This document shows, piece by piece, positions 51,011-59,978 of a stretch of 64,000 bases of DNA. Origin of the DNA: an uncultured bacterium (GTDB lineage Bacteria > DYJV01); the NCBI GenBank assembly GCA_964543655.1, contig CAZIZE010000099.1, positions 3,906 to 67,905 of the forward strand, given 5' to 3'. The notes under the pieces were generated by a model that saw nothing but the letters and a program-made list of their open reading frames with translations, was not told where the DNA came from and ran no database searches. The translations under genes and the position numbers were made by a program. Each line of letters starts with the position of its first letter. Position 1 is the first letter of the stretch.

Positions 51011-52090
51011 TTAAAGATAGTTTGCTTTGATAAATTTAAAAATTTTATTATATTCACCAAATTTAAACAATGGTATTGAAGTGTCTATATATTTATCTGA
51101 TACAATTGCTATTACATTTTCATCTTCTTCAAATAGAAATTTTTCCTGATTCTCTAAAATTAATTCTATTTTAGGGAAATTTCCTGTTTTATGTCCTTCT
51201 ACTATTATTATATCCATATCATCTAAATAGTTATCACGAATATATTTTAATGGCATCTTGCTATCTTTACGTTTTCTAATTACAATCTCATTATTACTAT
51301 TTATTACAACACCATCTGCTCCTTTTTCAAAAAAGGTATAGCTATCCTTCCCTTTTTTATCAATCTCCAATTTATGATATGTATTTTTTATTATTCCTAC
51401 TTTATAATTTTCTTTTTTAAAAAGAGGTATTAGATTTTTAATTAAAGTTGTTTTTCCAGAATTTGAATGTAACGCAACAATACCAATTAAAGGAGTTTCT
51501 TTAAAGTTATCATTAATTGCTTTTTCATAATCCCTTTCACTATTAATATTGAAAAAATTTTTATTAATATTGCAAATATCTGTAAATTTATCTTCAGATA
51601 TAATTTTGCTTTTAACTTCAGGAAGAAGAAAGCTGATTTTCAATTTATCTTTTAGAATAAGTTCCTCAAGAGGCTCTATACATCTCTTTGAATAAATGGC
51701 AAATAATGGTTGATATTTACCTTTGATTTTTGGCATTATTAAATCATTATCATCTATATTCTCAAGAAGAAGTTTAATTGCATTTTCTTCAATAAATGGC
51801 ATGTCACATGCTGTAATAAAAGCATATTCTGTATCTATATTTTTTAACACAGAATATATTCCCCCAATAGAATCTTTGTTTTTGTAAATATCCGTTATAA
51901 CAGGAAAATTGTAGTGAGCATAATACCTGTGATTATCTGAGCTAATTACAATTTTTTTGAATATCTTTTTTAATTTTACAATAACATGCTCTATTATTGG
52001 CATATTATTCAGAGTGGCAAATGATTTATCTCTCCCCATCCTTGTAGATTTGCCACCAGAAAGAATAGCTGCTGTTATATATTCATTCAT
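51011..52090 (-). CDS. mobAB: Bifunctional molybdenum cofactor guanylyltransferase MobA fused to MobB
   Basis: It has the MobA N-terminus (AAILSGGKSTRMGRDKSF). The C-terminal half carries a MobB P-loop (IVALHSNSGKTTLIKNLIP). Confidence 0.8.
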   Translation of the reverse strand: MNEYITAAILSGGKSTRMGRDKSFATLNNMPIIEHVIVKLKKIFKKIVISSDNHRYYAHYNFPVITDIYKNKDSIGGIYSVLKNIDTEYAFITACDMPFIEENAIKLLLENIDDNDLIMPKIKGKYQPLFAIYSKRCIEPLEELILKDKLKISFLLPEVKSKIISEDKFTDICNINKNFFNINSERDYEKAINDNFKETPLIGIVALHSNSGKTTLIKNLIPLFKKENYKVGIIKNTYHKLEIDKKGKDSYTFFEKGADGVVINSNNEIVIRKRKDSKMPLKYIRDNYLDDMDIIIVEGHKTGNFPKIELILENQEKFLFEEDENVIAIVSDKYIDTSIPLFKFGEYNKIFKFIKANYL

Positions 52091-52091
52091 T

Positions 52092-52376
52092 TTACTTTCT
52101 CTTAAAAATAACCTTTATGTCAATTATTTTAAATGGCACTAAGTTATTTATTCTTTCAATAATTCTGTTTTTTAGAAAAAATATTTCTTGCTTAAAAGCA
52201 GGATTTTTACACGAAATAAACAATATACCATTTTTAATTGATTCTGGGCTGGATTCATCTGCAAGTGTTTTGCCAACAATTTCTTCCCATTTTATCTTTA
52301 AAATTCCTTCATAGAAGATTTCCTCTTTACCATTTTTTTTTAATAAATTATGAATTACAGAACCTATTAAATCCAT
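52092..52376 (-). CDS. DUF721-domain protein (DciA-like candidate)
   Basis: Its segment WEEIVGKTLADESSPESIKNGILFISCKNPAFKQEIFFLKNRIIERIN matches the DUF721 core pattern (WxxIVG...A..T.P..L..G.L.I...S.W.QEL.FLK..I...IN). It is 94 aa and overlaps the ricT stop by 1 nt. Confidence 0.6.
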   Translation of the reverse strand: MDLIGSVIHNLLKKNGKEEIFYEGILKIKWEEIVGKTLADESSPESIKNGILFISCKNPAFKQEIFFLKNRIIERINNLVPFKIIDIKVIFKRK

Positions 52377-53110
52377 TAATCTTCCAGTTTTTTTAATTCA
52401 TCTTCACTAACTTCTTCTTCAAATTTAGAAAGATCCACTTTGCTCTCTTCTATTTTTTCGAGATATAATTCATGCTCAAAAGCAAGGCAACACATTAACC
52501 TGCCGCAAACACCAGAAATTTTAGAAGGATTTAAAACTATATTTTGATCTTTGGCTGTTTTTACAGATATAGGTTGAAATGAATATAAAAATCTTGCACA
52601 GCATGCTTCCATTCCGCAGTTTCCAATGCATCCTATCATTTTGCTTTCATCTCTAACACCAATCTGACGCATCTCTATTCTTACTTTAAATTCTTTTGCA
52701 AGATCCTTTACCAGTTCTCTAAAATCAATTCTTCCATCAGCAGTAAAATAAAAAACTAATTTTTTTTTATCAAGCATATATTCTGCTTTTATTAACTTCA
52801 TCAATAACTTATGTTTTGCAATCTTTTCAAGGCAAATAGCCTTAGCTCTAATAGCATCTTTTTTATTTTGTTGATACTGCTTTTTGTCTTCCTCTGTAGC
52901 TTTTCTAATAATTGTCTTAATATTTTTGGAAATATCAGGATGAACATTATCCTTATTCACAACTTTTATAACCTTTGCAATGTTAACTCCTCTATCACCT
53001 TCTGCAACAACAAGATCATTGGCATGTATCTCCTCTTCTAAATTGTATAGAAATGGTTTTGGTGTATCTGCTCTTCTAAAGGTTATGTAACATATCTTTT
53101 CATTACTCAA
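52376..53110 (-). CDS. ricT: PSP1-domain protein RicT/YaaT-like
   Basis: It has the PSP1 C-terminal domain with Cys cluster (GCIGNCGMEACCARF, GVCGRLMCC). It follows holB as in B. subtilis tmk-holB-yaaT. Confidence 0.8.
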   Translation of the reverse strand: MSNEKICYITFRRADTPKPFLYNLEEEIHANDLVVAEGDRGVNIAKVIKVVNKDNVHPDISKNIKTIIRKATEEDKKQYQQNKKDAIRAKAICLEKIAKHKLLMKLIKAEYMLDKKKLVFYFTADGRIDFRELVKDLAKEFKVRIEMRQIGVRDESKMIGCIGNCGMEACCARFLYSFQPISVKTAKDQNIVLNPSKISGVCGRLMCCLAFEHELYLEKIEESKVDLSKFEEEVSEDELKKLED

Positions 53111-53891
53111 TTTTACCTTCTCCTTTAATGAAATTTTTCTTTTTTAAGTAAATTGCCACCAGTGTTAAAATATTTTTATAATTAATGTTTACTCTAATTA
53201 AATTAAATAATTCAAAAAAATAGTTTATTAAATTCACTCTAAATTTTATAAATTCCTCTTTTTCCTGCTCTATAAGTGAATTATTTATTAAAATTAAAAA
53301 ATTTAAAAACTCCTCTATATTATTAAATTGTTCATAATAGAGCTCAATTTCTTTTAAAATATCATAAAAAGCTGAATTTTGATAGAAAATCCCTTTGAAA
53401 AATTTAGTTGCTTTTTCAAAAATTTCAATAGAAATACAATCTTTGATTAACTGCAGCTCATCTTTTTCTGGCCTTTTATTAAAACATTGGCACCTTGAAA
53501 GAATTGTTGGCAAAAGTTGATTTTTATTTTTTACTGTTAAAATAAAGAATCTTTTTTGCACAGGCTCTTCAAGAATTTTTAAAATGGAATTTGCTGCTTC
53601 ATTTGTAAATTTGTTAGCTTCATGGATAATTACAACCTTTTTGTCACCTGTTTGAGGAGTTAAATAGCAAAAATCTTGCAATGCTTTGATTTCAGAAATT
53701 TTAATAACATTTTCAGGTTTAATTAAAAAAATATCAGGATGCTCTTCTAATAATCCTTTCTGATTTAATATTTTTGAAGCGAGAAATATAGCGGAATTAT
53801 AGGCACTTTCAATATCCCTACTTTCAATTAATATAGATTGTGGTAACTTTTCCTGCTCTATTAAAATTTCAAAAATCTTTTCTAAATCCAT
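53103..53891 (-). CDS. holB: DNA polymerase III delta' subunit
   Basis: It has an AAA+-like clamp-loader fold without an intact P-loop and an SRC motif (ILSRCQ). It follows tmk in conserved synteny. Confidence 0.75.
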   Translation of the reverse strand: MDLEKIFEILIEQEKLPQSILIESRDIESAYNSAIFLASKILNQKGLLEEHPDIFLIKPENVIKISEIKALQDFCYLTPQTGDKKVVIIHEANKFTNEAANSILKILEEPVQKRFFILTVKNKNQLLPTILSRCQCFNKRPEKDELQLIKDCISIEIFEKATKFFKGIFYQNSAFYDILKEIELYYEQFNNIEEFLNFLILINNSLIEQEKEEFIKFRVNLINYFFELFNLIRVNINYKNILTLVAIYLKKKNFIKGEGKIE

Positions 53892-54502
53892 TTTGAAAAT
53901 ATTTCTTTTAATTGATTGTTTATTGAAGTTATTGATTTTGTCCCATCTATAATAAACCAGTTTTTCTCATTTTTAGCAAAATGTAAGTAACCATCTCTTA
54001 TCTTTTTATGAAACTCTAATCTCTCTTTCTCAAACCTTGACTCATTGTTAACAATTTCCTCGTTTCTCATAAGCGCTCGTTTAATTCCAACTTCTACAGG
54101 GAGATCAAATAAAAACACATAATCAATCTCAATACTGTCCATTGCTATTTTATTTAACTTTTTCAGAAGCTCTATATCAACACCTCTACCAAAGCCCTGG
54201 TAAACAATAGTTGAAAAATAACTTCTATCACTTAAAATAATATCAAAATTTTCTAAGTTTGGTTTGATAATTTTGCTAAAATGCTCACATCTATCAGCAA
54301 GATATAGAAATACTTCTGTAAAAATTTCCATATTAGCAAAATTTTCATTTAATAAGATTTTTCTGATATTTTTGCCAATTTCAGTGGAACCTGGCTCTCT
54401 GGTAATTAAATAGCTCACCTTCTTACTTTTAAAAAATTCTTCAAGTAACTTTATCTGGACACTTTTGCCACTACCTTCAATACCTTCAAAAGCTATGTAC
54501 AT
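53882..54502 (-). CDS. tmk: Thymidylate kinase
   Basis: It has a P-loop (IAFEGIEGSGKS) and an LID region. I prefer the internal Met (MYIAFEG) over the longer ORF-track start. Confidence 0.88.
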   Translation of the reverse strand: MYIAFEGIEGSGKSVQIKLLEEFFKSKKVSYLITREPGSTEIGKNIRKILLNENFANMEIFTEVFLYLADRCEHFSKIIKPNLENFDIILSDRSYFSTIVYQGFGRGVDIELLKKLNKIAMDSIEIDYVFLFDLPVEVGIKRALMRNEEIVNNESRFEKERLEFHKKIRDGYLHFAKNEKNWFIIDGTKSITSINNQLKEIFSKWI

Positions 54503-55700
54503 TTTTAAAACCTTTTGATAAAATTTTATCTCCTTCTTTAATGCCAGATAAAATCTCTGCACGGCCATTATTTACAATTCCTAATTTAACAGCTACTTTT
54601 TTTATATTTTCCACTTTTTTTAAAAAAACATAATTTTTTGTACCTATAAGTTTTACACATTTAAGTGGGACAACTATAACATTATGCTTTTCAGATAAAA
54701 TAATATCAATATAAGCTGTCATTTCAGGTTTTAATAATTTTTTAAACTTGCTATTATTAATGTTAATCTCTATTTTGTATGTTACAACATTGTTGACAAC
54801 CTGGGCTTTTGGATAAATTTTTTTTATTTTACCTGTTAAAATTTTGTCTGGAAAAGCTTCAACATAAAACCTAACCTTCTGATTTAAATTTATTTTACCA
54901 ATATCAGTTTCATCAACATAAGCAACAACTTCAAGCCTTGTTAAATCAATAATATTAACAAAAACCGGTGAATTAAAACTTGCAGCAACTGTCTCTCCCT
55001 CTTGAGTTGATACAGCAGATATTGTCCCTGATATTGGTGCTTTAATGAACGCATAATTATAATCTATCTTGGCAATTGCTATCTGTTTTTCAACCTGTAA
55101 AATTTTAGTTTTAATAATATTTTTCTGGTCTGAAAACTCTCTTTTCAATAATTTTAAATTTTCTTTCTCTGAGTAAATGCTATACTTTAAAGAATCAACT
55201 ACTTTTTTTAGATTATCAATATTTTGCTTTGATACCATATTTTCCTTCAGTAGTGATAGGTTTCTTTTTAATTCTTTTTCTGAAAATTTTAAATCAGTTT
55301 TAAGTTTTTTTATCTGCAATTGTTTTGATTTGATTTTTAATGGATACTCCTTTTTTATATTTTGAAGTTCTGTAAAAAGGTATAATTTGTCAGCATTTAA
55401 CTTTTCAATCTGGAGTTTTAAATCTTTATGCTCTATAATTGCAATAAGATCACCTTTTTTTACATAATCGCCAACTTTTACAAAAAGTTTCTCAACTTTC
55501 CCTGAAATTCTTGAGCCAACCTTGATTTCAGCGCCTATCTCTGGCTTTATAACACCAGTTAACTTTATAATATCTTGAATATCACCTCTTTTAACAGTAT
55601 AAAACTCAAATTTGCTTAAACGCTCTTGTTTGTTCTTATTGTTACACGATGGGTAAATAGAAGTTATAATTAGTAGAAAAATTAATATAATTTTTTTCAT
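54486..55700 (-). CDS. HlyD-family membrane-fusion / periplasmic adaptor lipoprotein (no adjacent transporter)
   Basis: It has a signal/lipobox-like N-terminus (LIITSIYPSC), a biotinyl/lipoyl-like hairpin (VKVGDYVKKGDLIAII), a long coiled-coil and a beta-barrel region. Confidence 0.75.
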   Translation of the reverse strand: MKKIILIFLLIITSIYPSCNNKNKQERLSKFEFYTVKRGDIQDIIKLTGVIKPEIGAEIKVGSRISGKVEKLFVKVGDYVKKGDLIAIIEHKDLKLQIEKLNADKLYLFTELQNIKKEYPLKIKSKQLQIKKLKTDLKFSEKELKRNLSLLKENMVSKQNIDNLKKVVDSLKYSIYSEKENLKLLKREFSDQKNIIKTKILQVEKQIAIAKIDYNYAFIKAPISGTISAVSTQEGETVAASFNSPVFVNIIDLTRLEVVAYVDETDIGKINLNQKVRFYVEAFPDKILTGKIKKIYPKAQVVNNVVTYKIEININNSKFKKLLKPEMTAYIDIILSEKHNVIVVPLKCVKLIGTKNYVFLKKVENIKKVAVKLGIVNNGRAEILSGIKEGDKILSKGFKNVHSF

Positions 55701-55744
55701 GAAGTGTTATTATCATTTTCATTTGAAAAAGTGAAGATATTTTA

Positions 55745-56527
55745 TCATAATATCCCCATATAATGAAAATACCAATTAATAATTTTCTCTCCGAAATATA
55801 TGTAAATTACTGCACCAAGTGATAAAAAAGGGCCAAATGGAATGGCAAGAGATGATTTATCTTTTTTAGCCATTATAAGTGGAATGCCTATAATGGTACC
55901 AAGTAAAGAACTTGAAAAGATTATAAAGAGAAGAGATTTATAACCTAAAAATGCTCCTATCATTGCAAGTAATTTAACATCACCGCCACCCATTCCTTCT
56001 TTTTTGGTTAGCAGGAAATATCCTTTAATAATCAGAAGTAAAATGCCACCACCTAAAATAATACCAATAATTGATTGCAACCAGGTTATATCAGCTCTAA
56101 TAAATGAAAAAATAAATCCCACAAATGTGCCACCAATACTTATCTCATCAGGAATTATCATATGCTCCAAATCAACGAAAGTTGCTACAATCAGTAATAG
56201 AATAAAAATTGTGTAAGCAAAAAAGTTTACTGAAAATCCAAACAAATTAAAATTTATAAAAAAAAACAATCCTGTTAATAATTCAATTAAAGGATAACGT
56301 ATAGATATTTTTTCTCCACAATATGCACATTTGCCATTTAAAATAATATAGCTGAATAAAGGGATATTGTGGTACCATTTAATTTTTTTCTTGCATTTTG
56401 GGCAAAATGAAGGTGGTGATACAATGGACTTTTCAATAGGCAACCTGTATATGCACACATTTATAAAACTGCCAATGCAGAGGCCAATTAAAAAAATAAC
56501 GATTTTATAAAAATAAAGTTGCTGCAC
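55745..56527 (-). CDS. pilD: Prepilin peptidase (A24 family) with N-terminal Zn-finger
   Basis: It has a CxxC...CxxC tetracysteine motif, multiple TM segments and a C-terminal A24 domain (KEGMGGGDVKLLAMIGAFLG). Confidence 0.88.
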   Translation of the reverse strand: MQQLYFYKIVIFLIGLCIGSFINVCIYRLPIEKSIVSPPSFCPKCKKKIKWYHNIPLFSYIILNGKCAYCGEKISIRYPLIELLTGLFFFINFNLFGFSVNFFAYTIFILLLIVATFVDLEHMIIPDEISIGGTFVGFIFSFIRADITWLQSIIGIILGGGILLLIIKGYFLLTKKEGMGGGDVKLLAMIGAFLGYKSLLFIIFSSSLLGTIIGIPLIMAKKDKSSLAIPFGPFLSLGAVIYIYFGEKIINWYFHYMGIL

Positions 56528-57371
56528 CTAATAATCCTATATTATTTTCATTATAAATAGAAATCTCCATTTTTTCTTTAATAAATGGCAGAGTATATTT
56601 ATGGAAACTTTCTTCAAAAACATCTTTGAAATAAGTAAACTTTTTAGCAATGCCACCAGTAAAAACCATTAACTCTGGAGCAAAGATATTTGCAATTATT
56701 GATGAACCAATCCCAAGATAAAAGAATCCTTTATTTATAACCTCTCTTGCTTTTAACTGATTTTGGCTGATTTTAAATAGCTCCTCAAAATTTTCTACTG
56801 ATTTAGAGCATAATTTATTAAAATTTTTAATCATACCAGTTGCAGATGAATATGCTTCAAGGCATCCTTCCTTGCCACAACCACAAATTGCACCATTTTC
56901 TTTTACAGTAATATGGCCAAACTCAAAGCCTGTTTTTCTGCTATTTTTTACTAATTTGCCATTTAATATAACTCCACCGCCAATTCCTGTGCCAAGTGTA
57001 ATAGCAACTATATCCTTTTTTTTAAAAACAGTTTTTGCACCAAGAGCAGCACAATTTGCATCATTTTCAAATTTGATAAAAAATTTATTACTATTTTCAA
57101 TTATTTCAAAAATATTTGCATTTATCAGGAATGGTAAATTGGGAGAGAAAATAATCTCTCCCCTATCTTTTATAATTCCAGGAAAACCTATTGCGATGTT
57201 TTTAAAATCAAAGAGCGTTCTGTAATCAGAAATTATCTGATTTATTAATGTTACAAAACTATTAAAGTTTTTAACAGTTTTAAACTCTTTTTCTTCAAAA
57301 AATGTACCGCTGTTATTGTTAAATATACCTGTCTTTATACCTGTGGCACCTATGTCAAAACATAATATCAT
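56505..57371 (-). CDS. ROK-family glucokinase
   Basis: It has an N-terminal ATPase motif (LCFDIGATGIKTG) and a ROK Zn motif (GHITV...CGCGKEGCLE). Confidence 0.8.
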   Translation of the reverse strand: MILCFDIGATGIKTGIFNNNSGTFFEEKEFKTVKNFNSFVTLINQIISDYRTLFDFKNIAIGFPGIIKDRGEIIFSPNLPFLINANIFEIIENSNKFFIKFENDANCAALGAKTVFKKKDIVAITLGTGIGGGVILNGKLVKNSRKTGFEFGHITVKENGAICGCGKEGCLEAYSSATGMIKNFNKLCSKSVENFEELFKISQNQLKAREVINKGFFYLGIGSSIIANIFAPELMVFTGGIAKKFTYFKDVFEESFHKYTLPFIKEKMEISIYNENNIGLLGAATLFL

Positions 57372-58555
57372 TTAAATATTTTCTCTTTGATATCTTTAAT
57401 TCTGTTTACTGCTTCATTTAATCTATGTTTATCAACAGTAAGAGCCATTCTAATATAGCCTTCACCTGATGGGCCAAAACCGTTACCAGGAGTTGTAACA
57501 ATACCTGTCTCTGAAAGGAGCAATGCTGTAAAATCAGCTGAAGTATAACCTTCTGGCACTTTAATCCATACATAAAATGTAGCTACAGGTGAGTTAACAT
57601 TGAATCCAACTTCCTTTAATCCATTAATTAGAACATCTCTTCTTTCCTGATAAATTTTTTGCATATCTTTAACACATTGTTGTGAACTTGATAATGCTTC
57701 AATAGCAGCTTCCTGAATTGCCTGAAAAGCTCCTGAGTCTATATTTGTTTTGATTTTTCCAAGTGCTCCAACAATTTCTGCATTTCCTGCTGCCCAGCCT
57801 ATTCTCCAACCTGTCATGTTGTAAGTTTTAGATAGAGAATGTAACTCAACTCCCACTTCCATTGCTCCATCTATTTCAAGAAAAGAAAGAGGAGCCTGAC
57901 CATCATAATACATCTCAGTATATGCTGCATCATGAAGAATAATTACATTGTATTTATTTGCAAATTCAATAGCTTTTTCAAAAAATTCCTTTGTTGCAAC
58001 AGCACCAGTAGGATTGTTTGGATAATTTATAAACATTATTTTTGCTTTTTTTGCAATATCTTCAGGAATTGTATCTAAATCTGGTAAAAAGTTGTTCTTT
58101 TCAAGTAATGGCATATAATAAACTTCTCCACCAGCAAATCTTGTGGCAATTGCATATACAGGGTATCCGGGCTCAGGTACAAGAGCATAATCACCTTCAT
58201 CAATGAACGCATATGGAAAATGTGCAATTCCTTCTTTGGAGCCAATTAATGAGATAATTTCAGATTCTGGATTAAGTGAAACATTAAATCTTTTTTTGTA
58301 AAAATCTGCAACAGCCTGCCTAAAAGAAAGCATTCCAACATAAGAGGGATATTTGTGATTTGCAGGGTCTTCAGCTGCTTTTTTTAACCTTTCAATAATG
58401 TGCTTTGGAGTGGGAAGGTCAGGGTCACCAACTCCAAGGTCAATAATATCAACACCTCTCTTTTTTACTTCCTCTTTCATTTCATCAATTTTTGCAAAAA
58501 GGTATGGTGGCAAGGTTTTAATCCTTTTTGATGGTTCCACTACAAATTTACCCAT
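57368..58555 (-). CDS. dapL: LL-diaminopimelate aminotransferase (DapL-type) / class I aminotransferase
   Basis: It has a DapL-like N-terminus (IKTLPPYLFAKIDE...GDPDLPTP), a PLP Lys segment (SLSKTYNMTGWRIGW) and is ~395 aa. Confidence 0.75.
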   Translation of the reverse strand: MGKFVVEPSKRIKTLPPYLFAKIDEMKEEVKKRGVDIIDLGVGDPDLPTPKHIIERLKKAAEDPANHKYPSYVGMLSFRQAVADFYKKRFNVSLNPESEIISLIGSKEGIAHFPYAFIDEGDYALVPEPGYPVYAIATRFAGGEVYYMPLLEKNNFLPDLDTIPEDIAKKAKIMFINYPNNPTGAVATKEFFEKAIEFANKYNVIILHDAAYTEMYYDGQAPLSFLEIDGAMEVGVELHSLSKTYNMTGWRIGWAAGNAEIVGALGKIKTNIDSGAFQAIQEAAIEALSSSQQCVKDMQKIYQERRDVLINGLKEVGFNVNSPVATFYVWIKVPEGYTSADFTALLLSETGIVTTPGNGFGPSGEGYIRMALTVDKHRLNEAVNRIKDIKEKIFK

Positions 58556-59978
58556 ACAATTTCCTCCTATTTTTTATCATTTTATTGTATATTTCAATAT
58601 ATTTTTCAGCTGATTTCTCCCAGCTAAAATTCTTACTCATACAATTTTTTTTCATTTCAATAATTTTACCCTTATCTGTATAATAAATTTCCATAGATTT
58701 TAACATCATATCAAAAAATTCATCTTTTGAAAAGTTTTTAAATATAAAACCTGTGTTGTTATCAACACTATCTTTTAATCCTCCAACTGCTCTTACAATA
58801 GGTATGGTGCCATAACGCATACTGATTAGCTGGCTAATTCCGCATGGCTCAAAGAGAGATGGCATTAGAAAAAAATCTGCTCCAGCATAAATCTGCCGTG
58901 CTAATTTTTCATTAAAAGAGAATGAAACAGATATTTTATTTGGATATTTACTCATCATTTTTTTCAATTGAACTTTATATAGACCATCACCTTCACCTAA
59001 TAGAACCATTTGAGCGTTAATATATTTAAGATTTTCCATAACATTTAGAACAAGCTCTATCCCTTTCTGCTCAGTTAATCTGCCAATAAAAGCAAAAATT
59101 ACTTTATCTTTATCTGTACCTAATTTTAATTTTTTTTGTAACTCTACTTTATTTAACACTTTTTTTTCAATGGAATCTAAAGAATAATTTGCAAATAGGA
59201 AAGTATCAGTTTCAGGATTATAAATTTCGTAATCTATCCCATTTAATATACCGTATAGAGATTCTTTTCTTTTTAGTAATACCCCATCAAGGCCTCTTCC
59301 TGCCTCAAATGTTAAAATTTCTTTTGCATAGGTGGGAGATACAGTATTTAAAAAATCAGAAAAAACTATACCACCTTTAAGAAAATTTACCTGTCCATAA
59401 AATTCAAGAGCATCTATATGAAAAACCTGAAAAGGAATCCCTATTCTGTTTAATATATCAGGTGGAAAAAAACCTTGATAAGCTAAGTTGTGAATTGTGA
59501 GTAACGTTTGAGTTTTTTGAAAAAAATTGTCAGTACTGTAATTGGTTTTTAACAACACTGATACAAGTGAAGTCTGCCAGTCATTTAGATGAAAAATATC
59601 AGGTTGAAAATGTAGAGATTTGCACAGTTCAAGAGCTCCATAGCAAAGTAGGCTAAATCTTATTCCAGAATTTTCACCTTCATAATATTTGTCTGTGTTA
59701 AAGTAGTTTTTATTATGGAGAAAGTAAATTTTTATATTTTTAAATGTTGTTTCAAATATTTCAATGTGCTCATTTGCAAAATTTATAAAAACTTTAAATG
59801 ATTTGTTTGTAGAAACAATTTTAAATTTTTCTCTGTTAATATCTGAGTAAAGTGGAGTTACAATTATGGTATTTACCCCTTTTTTATTAAGAGTGGCTGG
59901 AAGTGAAATAGCAACGTCTGCAAGACCGCCTGTTTTTGAAAAAGGATAGACCTCAGATGATACAAAAACTGCTCTCAT
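58548..59978 (-). CDS. glgA: Glycogen synthase (ADP-glucose type, GT5)
   Basis: Its N-terminus (MRAVFVSSEVYPFSKTGGLADV) matches the GlgA KTGGL motif. It is 476 aa. Confidence 0.92.
   Translation of the reverse strand: MRAVFVSSEVYPFSKTGGLADVAISLPATLNKKGVNTIIVTPLYSDINREKFKIVSTNKSFKVFINFANEHIEIFETTFKNIKIYFLHNKNYFNTDKYYEGENSGIRFSLLCYGALELCKSLHFQPDIFHLNDWQTSLVSVLLKTNYSTDNFFQKTQTLLTIHNLAYQGFFPPDILNRIGIPFQVFHIDALEFYGQVNFLKGGIVFSDFLNTVSPTYAKEILTFEAGRGLDGVLLKRKESLYGILNGIDYEIYNPETDTFLFANYSLDSIEKKVLNKVELQKKLKLGTDKDKVIFAFIGRLTEQKGIELVLNVMENLKYINAQMVLLGEGDGLYKVQLKKMMSKYPNKISVSFSFNEKLARQIYAGADFFLMPSLFEPCGISQLISMRYGTIPIVRAVGGLKDSVDNNTGFIFKNFSKDEFFDMMLKSMEIYYTDKGKIIEMKKNCMSKNFSWEKSAEKYIEIYNKMIKNRRKLYG

Noticed and set aside
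54503-54568. N-terminal 22-aa extension of tmk
   Set aside because: The extension overlaps the 3' end of the HlyD-family gene. The conserved Tmk P-loop starts right after the internal Met (MYIAFEG).
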